IMG/VR virus record: IMGVR_UViG_3300031555_001437
Strand: one strand, 5' to 3'
Origin: a virus
Lineage: Duplodnaviria; Caudoviricetes
DNA: 64,000 nt
A program made the position numbers and the translations under genes. The notes beneath the pieces are model-generated. The model saw only the letters and a list, made by a program, of their open reading frames with translations. It was not told where the DNA came from and ran no database searches. Of this stretch, positions 19,709 to 27,323 are shown one piece after another (the stretch's first letter is position 1; every line of letters begins with the position of its first letter).

Positions 19709-20392
19709 ATGGGTCTTACTTGGAGTCAGATTATATCACATGTAAGTAACATGGAATGTAAAGATAAATCTATTCTTAAAGAATTAATAGATGATACTAT
19801 TAGCATAAATACTCTTCCAGATAGATTTAATGATATTACTTATATTGCAGACAGTGCTTTCAGTGATTGTAAAAACTTAGCATTAACATCTCTACCTGAA
19901 GGAATTACTAGTATTGGTCGTCGGGCTTTCTATTATTGTACTAAGCTAGCCTTAACATCTTTGCCTGAAGGTATTACTAGTATTGGTGATGGTGCATTCA
20001 CTGGTTGTTCCAATTTAGCCTTAACATCTTTGCCTGAAGGAATTACTAGGATTGGTGATGGTTTTACATTCGCTGGTTGCACTAATCTAGCTTTAACGTC
20101 ATTACCTGAAGGAATGACTAGAATTGGTTCCTATGCTTTCCAGGGATGTCCCAATTTAGCATTAACGTCTCTACCTGAAGGAATTACTAGGATTGATTAT
20201 GGTGCTTTCTTTAACTGTAACGGTCTAACAACTTTAACTTTCAAAGGAACACCAAATTCAATTGCAGTTGACGCATTTTATAGTTGTACAAACCTAACAA
20301 CAATCAACGTTCCATGGGCTGAGGGTGCAGTTGCATACGCACCATGGGGAGCTACTAATGCTACTATAAATTATAACTATACAGGAGAATAA
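19709..20392 (+). CDS. BspA-type (LRR_5) leucine-rich repeat protein 2
   Basis: Five full repeats of the same unit plus a near-identical cap to LRR protein 1. Confidence 0.9.
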   Translation: MGLTWSQIISHVSNMECKDKSILKELIDDTISINTLPDRFNDITYIADSAFSDCKNLALTSLPEGITSIGRRAFYYCTKLALTSLPEGITSIGDGAFTGCSNLALTSLPEGITRIGDGFTFAGCTNLALTSLPEGMTRIGSYAFQGCPNLALTSLPEGITRIDYGAFFNCNGLTTLTFKGTPNSIAVDAFYSCTNLTTINVPWAEGAVAYAPWGATNATINYNYTGE

Positions 20393-20396
20393 GGAT

Positions 20397-20672
20397 ATGG
20401 AAATCAAAAAACTATATAAATACACTCGTCCAGATGGGGGCACTTCAACATCTCCTGTCCAGCCTGACGGCGAATACGTAGAAATGGTTCGTCTAGTTGC
20501 AGACGAAGGCAAAGTATTAACAAAAAACAACATCGAGTTTTATGCGTGTGTTGATACTGACTCTTCTGAAGGTTGGTATGAAGTAGATGACACTCAGAGC
20601 GATTTAAATAGTGACCCTGATGGTCAAATTTCAGATGATGAACTAATCGCTATGCTTGAGGAGGTACTATAA
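20397..20672 (+). CDS. Small phage tail-associated protein
   Basis: 'RLVADEGKVLT...WYEV' motif, common in small genes after fibre-tip genes. Confidence 0.65.
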   Translation: MEIKKLYKYTRPDGGTSTSPVQPDGEYVEMVRLVADEGKVLTKNNIEFYACVDTDSSEGWYEVDDTQSDLNSDPDGQISDDELIAMLEEVL

Positions 20673-20674
20673 TC

Positions 20675-21073
20675 ATGACTAGACAAGAAGCAAAAGCATT
20701 TATTATTGCCGCTGTAAAGCTTCGTGGTCTTGCAACTGATGAGATGTCTCTGCAAGTACCAAACCTCTATCCCACATGGAAAGAGGGCAAAAATTATATC
20801 GCAGGAGAAAGAGTTCTCTACAATGAGGTGCTTTATAAGGTTCTACAGGCACACACTTCTCAGGCTGACTGGACCCCTGCTGTTGCGACAAGTTTGTTCG
20901 CAAAGGTTCTTATTCCTGATGAGAACGTTATCCCTGAGTGGGAACAGCCTGATAGCACTAACCCTTACATGAAGGGTGATAAGGTAAAGTACAACGGTCA
21001 GACATATGTCTCCACTGTTGATAACAATGTTTGGGCTCCCGATGCGTATGGTTGGGAGTTATATACGGAGTAA
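20675..21073 (+). CDS. Tandem CBM5/12 (chitin-binding-like) domain protein
   Basis: 'W....Y..GERVLYN..LYKVLQAHTSQADWTP' and 'W.QP....YMKGDKVKYNG.TY.S..DNNVWAP..YGW'. Confidence 0.85.
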   Translation: MTRQEAKAFIIAAVKLRGLATDEMSLQVPNLYPTWKEGKNYIAGERVLYNEVLYKVLQAHTSQADWTPAVATSLFAKVLIPDENVIPEWEQPDSTNPYMKGDKVKYNGQTYVSTVDNNVWAPDAYGWELYTE

Positions 21074-21083
21074 TTTTATTTAA

Positions 21084-21121
21084 GACCTGGGCTCCGAAAT
21101 ATGGGGCTCAGGTTATTTTTT
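21084..21121 (+). terminator. Intrinsic terminator
   Basis: GACCTGGGCTCC...GGGGCTCAGGTT stem followed by ATTTTTT. Confidence 0.75.
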
Positions 21122-21140
21122 AAGAAAAGGAGGGACTGCA

Positions 21141-24100
21141 ATGTTTGTTGTAACACACAGAAGAGCAACAAAGAAACAATGGGAAGAGTCAAATGTGATT
21201 CCAAAAGAGAGCGAACTGGTAGTTGAAGACTGTGAAGATGGAACTTTTAAAACAAAAATTGGCGACGGTATACATGTGTTTACAGATTTGCCATATCAAA
21301 ACTTAGACGAAGAACTTTCCGAACTCAAAACATACGTGGATGGTAAAGTTGTTGACGGTCTTTACTATGAAGACAACATGCTCTATCTAACTTTAAACGG
21401 AGAGATTGTCTCTGATCCAGTTGAAATAGTAGGTGGCGGTGGCGGCGGTGGTTCGTCTTATAGTATGCGTGTAATTAATGGTATGTCGTCAAGCACACTA
21501 ACCGTTGCAATTGCAGAGAAAATTCTGCTCAATGCGTCGTTTTATGAAGAGTATGGCGGTGTATCAACTGGAGTGAATGGTTCGCTTGAAGTGTACTATA
21601 AACTTGCATCCGAAGAAGAATGGAGTTTTCATAGCAAACAAACCGTTGCTCAAAACACACAATTCTCAGTTGATGTAGCAAATATTCTTGATAAAAGTTC
21701 TGTGACAAATATTCGGTTTGTAGTCACGGGTGGAGAATCTGGAATTGTGCGTACTCTAACATATAACATTACGCAGGTAGAGGCGAGTATTTCTGCAGTA
21801 AACTTTAGTAGTTCTGCCATCTACACTGGTAATATACCCTTCCAATACAAATGTGTTGGACGTAATTTACAAAAAACTGTTTATTTTGAAATAGACGGAG
21901 AGGTGTGTGATACGATTGATGTTGGCACAAGCCACAACGCAGTTTTGTCGCACACCATCAAGATGCTTGGTAATTATAGTTATGGAGCGCATGACTTAAG
22001 AGTATATTTCAAGACAAGTGAGGGCGCTATGTCTAATGTTCTTAGGTATGCTATTTTGTATGATAACAAAGAGTCTGCAGCTCCGATGATTGGTGTAGTT
22101 TGCCATAGTGACGAAATTACCTATGGAGATATTCTGAGTATTGATTATATTGTCTACACTCCTGGACAGGAAACCACTGACGAGCTTCAGATTCGAGTTT
22201 ATGACGATGATGCAATTTACGAGACTACGAGTCTTGTGAATGTGGCAAATAATACGCCATACACGTGGAACGGTACTTCGTATCCTGTTTCTGGCAAGGT
22301 GTATGTTGAATTTAAGAGTGGAGAAACTGTTAAAACTGTTTCGGTGTTGATTAATGAAATTCAGAGTGAATATGAGCTGGCTCAAGTCGCGACTAATCTT
22401 GTGTATAGCTATAGCGCAAACGGTAGAAGCAATAACGATGTCGGTAAAGAATTGTACGAGTGCAATTATACAACGTCTAATGGAGTACAAACCGTGATCG
22501 AGGGACGATTTAGCGGATTTAATTGGGTGTCAAACGGTTATATTGACCGTGAATCACTCACGCTTAGCGGAGATGCTCGACACACAATTGCGTTGCCTAT
22601 GTTCTCTACGAGTTATACAGACAGAGACGGGCAAACGGTCAATCTTGAAAGTGCAACTGGTGCTACTGTAACCACAAATGGCCGTACGTTTGAGATTGAG
22701 TTTAAGGTTAGCAACGTTACCGACAGTAACGCGCAAATTATTAAGTGTATGTCCGCAGAGCATGCTGGTTTTGTTGTGACACCACAGAATTGCTACTTGC
22801 TTTCTTCTAATGGCGCTAACGTGCAAACCGACGAGACTGGATTTATTGAGAATGAAGAAGGTATCGCTGCGGCATATATTCGAGACAACAAGCGCATCAG
22901 ACTCAGTTTTGTTATAGAACCAAAGGGCTCTATTAAATACACTCTTGAGGATGGGACCGAAATGTCTGGCCAGTGCGTAAACATTTACATTAACGGCCAG
23001 TATGCAAACTCATATGTATATCCAGATGGTGCAAGATTTACGAGCTCAGAATATATTACAATGGGTAGTAATACATGTATTCTTAATGTATATGATGTGC
23101 GCGTGTATAATCGTGGCTTGAGCGAGGCGGAAATTCTTCAAAACTATAAAGCATCGCCTCTTTCTGTTCAAGATAAAATCTTGAGATTTGAAGACAACGA
23201 CATCTTAACTGATGATGGAGATGTCGATTATTATAAAGCAATTAACAAATATCCGTGCCTGCTTATCACTGGTCCACTTTCTCCTTATAAGGGCGCCAAC
23301 GGTGTCAAGATGGAGGGCAAAGTTGAGTCTGGGGTAACACTGACAAGGCCAAACGGCAGTGGAGGTCACACTGTTGAATTTGACTTGCTTGACAAGGACG
23401 TAGCAGGAAACTGGGTAAGTTGTAACAACGTACAAGGTACATCTTCTGTTAAATTTCCTATAAAGAACTATAAAGTTTATCTTGTTCAGGTTTTATATAA
23501 TGAGGATGGTACGCCACAGACGGAAACAAACGATGAAGGTAAGATAAAGGTAAAAACTAAAAAAGTTAAATATTCCTTAAAAGGTAAAGATGATGAAGGC
23601 AATGATTTATCTATTGGAGAAAGCACTCTTTGTTGGAAGGGCGACTACATGTCGTCTGACCACGCAAACACCTTTAATGCAAATCTTGCCGATTCTCTGT
23701 TTGATGATATCCTTGAAGCTCAGCGAGAAGATCCGCGTGTACAGAATACGGTGTATGGATTTAGATGTCTGCTATTCCGTAGGGACGACATTGGCAAGCC
23801 GATTGAGTTTGCTGGCGATGGAGCACTCAATAACGACAAGGGCAACACTAAAACATTCGGTCTTGAATGTGAGGGTGACAAAGGCAATGCAACCAAACGT
23901 CAGAAGTGGGAGTTCTTGAATAATACAGAGCCCCTGACCTCATTCCAGACGGATAGATTTTTTGAAGAGATTATTTCTGAGGGCAAAACTGTTCTTCGTG
24001 TAACACAGGGTCTTGAGTCAACGTATCCAGACCAGGGCGACCTCAAAGACAAAGGGCTTACCCCGAAATACGATTACATTCAAACCTTGTATGCGTGGGT

Positions 24101-26972
24101 ATGTCAGAGAGCTAACTTCTGGGATGCTTCGACGGATACAGTAGAAGAACCATATGTTTATCAAGGCGCTGAATATTATACTGAGCGCGAATACCGCAAG
24201 GCTATTTTTATTAACGAATTTGATAAGCACTTTAATAAGAACCACGCACTCATCTATTATCTGTTCATGGAGTTTACAGCTCTTTGTGATAATAGAGCAA
24301 AGAACATGTTTTTGAGATGCGAAAATGTATATAATGAGCACCTACTTGATACTGATGGAAATGAAATTTCTATTATGGACTGTATCGAGGCAGGTACTGG
24401 AATTGTCGACATAAGCCGCATTGACTGGGAGAATTCTACGTTTGCGGTGTGGATTACAGATCTGTACGACCTTGACTCATGTTATGGCGTAGAGAACTCT
24501 GGTTATTTGCAAATACCGTATTACGCAGATTGGAATTACCAGTTGAATGGAACGCAAAAATTTAACGGACGGGAGTCTCGTTTGTGGTTGATGATTGAGG
24601 AAGCTTTAAGTGATGATATTAAGGCTAAGGCGCAGATATTGACAGAGCGCGGCATTGGCGAAGGTGGACTTAATTACGACACTTTATACGACGTACATAT
24701 CAAGAACAACGCGTTACTTGTATGCCCTGCTGTTGTTAATAGAGACATGACTCACAAGTATTCCGATCCGTGGATAGAAGGCTTCGTTGATTATTCACTC
24801 GAAGGTAATCCTGTTCGTCATATTTCTGATTATAAGTATTTGCAGCGTGGTAGCCGCACCCAGCAAAAAGATGCGTATATCTACAAGCGCTCCAACATGC
24901 TTTATAGCAAATATGAATGTAACAAGTTCTTGAACAACAGCATTAACTTCCGTGTTGGAACCAATGGCGGAGTTGTAGCTTCTGAGAGTGGCATATCGAT
25001 TACAGCTAACCAAGTACTGTATCCTGCTGTTAAGTATGGAGACGGCCCTACAGCTATTGTCATTTCTGACGAAAAGACTGCGGCTGGCGTTTCAACAACA
25101 ATCACAAAGCCTGGAACAACGGACGCAGATAAAGTAGGTTTCTCTGATACTATTTTCATTGCTGGCGGCACACTGCTGACCGATATTGGCGACATTTCTA
25201 AATTTAGACCATATGAGATGCAACTACAGAACGCTACTGGCTTGCGCAGCCTGATACTTGGTTCAGATGAGGAAGGCTACGAGAATGTGCAGCTTAAAAA
25301 TATTGACACTTCTGGATGCAAACTTCTAGAGAAACTCAATATTATGGGATGCACCGCACTTGGCCCACTTGACTTGTCCAGCAACGGCCTGTTGAAGGAG
25401 CTTTATGCGTCGAACTCAAGCGTGCGTTCTGTGACGCTTCCGAACGGCGGTGTGCTGGAGAAACTTTATTTGGGTGATATTGTTGACCTTGAAATTCTCA
25501 ATCAATCAAACCTGAAGGTGTTTGAGTGCACAAGCTATAACACACTAGAAAGATTGCGCGTTGAAAATACGCCAAACGTTAATACTTTAGAGATGGTTAG
25601 TGCGCGTTTGCCAAAGCTTACTGGTGGTATACGTCTTGTTGGTATTAATGAGACAATTGATGACATGAGTGTACTTGAACGTCTGATGGGCGATGAGGCT
25701 CGTGGTAAGTATATTGATATGAATGGTAATCTCTCTGAGGACAAGACGTTGTATCCATATATCTCTGGTACTGTACACGTTGACACCATTACTGGCTCTC
25801 AACTACAGCAGCTCAAATCATTCTATCCATATCTGAATATCACATACGACAACCTGATCGCAAACATTATCTACATGAGCGAAGATGGTTTGATTGAACT
25901 GCATAGAGCTATTGTTGTTAATGGAGCTACCGCAGATGATATTGTTGGAACTATCATCGAGACTCCGACCAAGGAAAGCACTGCGCAGTACAACTTTACT
26001 TATGGTGGATGGAGTACTGTTCCTGGCGGCGAGCCCGAGGACGACGCTTTGGAGAATATCGTTATCGACAGAATTGTTTATGTGGCGTTTAACAAAACAA
26101 TTAGAAACTATACTGTTAGATTCTACAATGACACGACCCTGCTCTATACTGTTTCTGTTCCGTATGGCTCCAATGCTGTTTATGCTGGAGCAGACTTTGA
26201 AAAGCTTGGAGTGAAGAACCCAGAGCTCTATGCGTTTATTGGCTGGGCACCAAATCCAGAGAATATCACTGGAAACTTGGATTGTTATGCACAGTATGAA
26301 TTCCTTGGATATATTAAGGATAGCTGGACGACGATTGCTGAAAACGTCGCAAACGGTACATATATTACCATGTATGCGACTGGTAAGTTGAAAGAGTTGG
26401 TTTTGACGTATGCTGATGGCTTTACAGAAACGTTAGACGTTGAGATTGTTGGGTTTGACCACGATAATTTGGCAGATAATTCTGGCAAGGCTGGAATTAC
26501 ATTTATTGCAAAAGAGATTTCCGCGAGAACGTCTCCAATGAATTCTGGTAGCACGTCAAACAGTGGAGGTTGGGAGTCTTCGTATATGCGCAGAGCGACG
26601 ATGGCCACTATATACAATGCTCTGCCAGAAGAACTGCGCAGCGTTATTAAACCAGTAATTAAGAAGGCATCTGCTGGTAGTAGAACCACCGATATTATTG
26701 ATTCTGTTGATAGCATCTGGCTTCCTTCTTATGTTGAGCTTGATAGTGATGCAAGCGGCATATATTTACAAGAAGGTTCTACCTATGCAATACACACCGA
26801 CGATGAAAGCCGTCAAAGATATAAAGAGGGTACTACGACTCAAACGATATATTGGACGCGCTCTCCTGTTGCAAACTCTCAATATGGATTCTGGTATGTT
26901 ACGACAAACGGCGAGATGACAACATTTGGTTCTGACTCACAAATGGGTGTTGCATTTGGCTTCTGCATTTAA
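21141..26972 (+). CDS. Multidomain tail appendage: Mtd_N / LamG-like / CotH-like kinase / LRR / InlB-B repeats / DUF6273 (C-type lectin-like)
   Basis: 'KIGDG..FTDLPY' N-terminus. LamG-like 'IYING...YDVRVYNRGLS'. Kinase-like QGTSS..P.KNYK, DNRAKN and YDLD. LRRs at ~25200-25600. 'PTKESTAQY..GGW' repeats. C-terminal 'GGW..S.MR...LP..L...WLPS..E...YWTRSP...GV..GFCI'. Confidence 0.8.
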   Translation: MFVVTHRRATKKQWEESNVIPKESELVVEDCEDGTFKTKIGDGIHVFTDLPYQNLDEELSELKTYVDGKVVDGLYYEDNMLYLTLNGEIVSDPVEIVGGGGGGGSSYSMRVINGMSSSTLTVAIAEKILLNASFYEEYGGVSTGVNGSLEVYYKLASEEEWSFHSKQTVAQNTQFSVDVANILDKSSVTNIRFVVTGGESGIVRTLTYNITQVEASISAVNFSSSAIYTGNIPFQYKCVGRNLQKTVYFEIDGEVCDTIDVGTSHNAVLSHTIKMLGNYSYGAHDLRVYFKTSEGAMSNVLRYAILYDNKESAAPMIGVVCHSDEITYGDILSIDYIVYTPGQETTDELQIRVYDDDAIYETTSLVNVANNTPYTWNGTSYPVSGKVYVEFKSGETVKTVSVLINEIQSEYELAQVATNLVYSYSANGRSNNDVGKELYECNYTTSNGVQTVIEGRFSGFNWVSNGYIDRESLTLSGDARHTIALPMFSTSYTDRDGQTVNLESATGATVTTNGRTFEIEFKVSNVTDSNAQIIKCMSAEHAGFVVTPQNCYLLSSNGANVQTDETGFIENEEGIAAAYIRDNKRIRLSFVIEPKGSIKYTLEDGTEMSGQCVNIYINGQYANSYVYPDGARFTSSEYITMGSNTCILNVYDVRVYNRGLSEAEILQNYKASPLSVQDKILRFEDNDILTDDGDVDYYKAINKYPCLLITGPLSPYKGANGVKMEGKVESGVTLTRPNGSGGHTVEFDLLDKDVAGNWVSCNNVQGTSSVKFPIKNYKVYLVQVLYNEDGTPQTETNDEGKIKVKTKKVKYSLKGKDDEGNDLSIGESTLCWKGDYMSSDHANTFNANLADSLFDDILEAQREDPRVQNTVYGFRCLLFRRDDIGKPIEFAGDGALNNDKGNTKTFGLECEGDKGNATKRQKWEFLNNTEPLTSFQTDRFFEEIISEGKTVLRVTQGLESTYPDQGDLKDKGLTPKYDYIQTLYAWVCQRANFWDASTDTVEEPYVYQGAEYYTEREYRKAIFINEFDKHFNKNHALIYYLFMEFTALCDNRAKNMFLRCENVYNEHLLDTDGNEISIMDCIEAGTGIVDISRIDWENSTFAVWITDLYDLDSCYGVENSGYLQIPYYADWNYQLNGTQKFNGRESRLWLMIEEALSDDIKAKAQILTERGIGEGGLNYDTLYDVHIKNNALLVCPAVVNRDMTHKYSDPWIEGFVDYSLEGNPVRHISDYKYLQRGSRTQQKDAYIYKRSNMLYSKYECNKFLNNSINFRVGTNGGVVASESGISITANQVLYPAVKYGDGPTAIVISDEKTAAGVSTTITKPGTTDADKVGFSDTIFIAGGTLLTDIGDISKFRPYEMQLQNATGLRSLILGSDEEGYENVQLKNIDTSGCKLLEKLNIMGCTALGPLDLSSNGLLKELYASNSSVRSVTLPNGGVLEKLYLGDIVDLEILNQSNLKVFECTSYNTLERLRVENTPNVNTLEMVSARLPKLTGGIRLVGINETIDDMSVLERLMGDEARGKYIDMNGNLSEDKTLYPYISGTVHVDTITGSQLQQLKSFYPYLNITYDNLIANIIYMSEDGLIELHRAIVVNGATADDIVGTIIETPTKESTAQYNFTYGGWSTVPGGEPEDDALENIVIDRIVYVAFNKTIRNYTVRFYNDTTLLYTVSVPYGSNAVYAGADFEKLGVKNPELYAFIGWAPNPENITGNLDCYAQYEFLGYIKDSWTTIAENVANGTYITMYATGKLKELVLTYADGFTETLDVEIVGFDHDNLADNSGKAGITFIAKEISARTSPMNSGSTSNSGGWESSYMRRATMATIYNALPEELRSVIKPVIKKASAGSRTTDIIDSVDSIWLPSYVELDSDASGIYLQEGSTYAIHTDDESRQRYKEGTTTQTIYWTRSPVANSQYGFWYVTTNGEMTTFGSDSQMGVAFGFCI

Positions 26973-26989
26973 GAAAGAGGGTGATTAAT

Positions 26990-27313
26990 TTGATTAGAGG
27001 ATCTTGTGAACAATTTAAATTTAAAACACCATATTCGTTTGACCAGATTGACAAGATAAGAATAACCTTTAAGCAAACAGATACGAAAGGAAATATTGTT
27101 GAAATTGTTAAGACAGAGGCGGATTGTATGGCGGTTGGCGATAAAACAAAAGCCGTATACACAAAACTGACGCAAGAAGAAACCCTAAGATTTTCCACCG
27201 ATAGCAAAGCGTATGTGCAATGGAGAGCTCTTACAACCGACGGAATTCCTTTTTCGAGTAAAATTAAACAAATAACAGTATATCCCACTTTGGACGAAAC
27301 AATTTTAGCGTGA
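26990..27313 (+). CDS. Small Ig-fold (BppU-like) adaptor
   Basis: MIRG...ITFKQ...LTQEETLRF...VQ pattern. TTG start after GAGGGTG (ORF track starts at 26981). Confidence 0.6.
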   Translation: MIRGSCEQFKFKTPYSFDQIDKIRITFKQTDTKGNIVEIVKTEADCMAVGDKTKAVYTKLTQEETLRFSTDSKAYVQWRALTTDGIPFSSKIKQITVYPTLDETILA

Positions 27314-27323
27314 GGTGCTTTGT

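Noticed and set aside
18788-20230. CRISPR-like array (about 42-nt conserved block plus about 27-nt variable block, 69-nt period)
   Set aside because: The period is a multiple of three, lies in open frames encoding LRRs, the 'repeats' vary at synonymous sites, and there are no cas genes.
26850-26972. Active diversity-generating retroelement
   Set aside because: No template repeat or reverse transcriptase found in the window, and codons are not AAY-derived in pattern. Kept only as a possible remote target.
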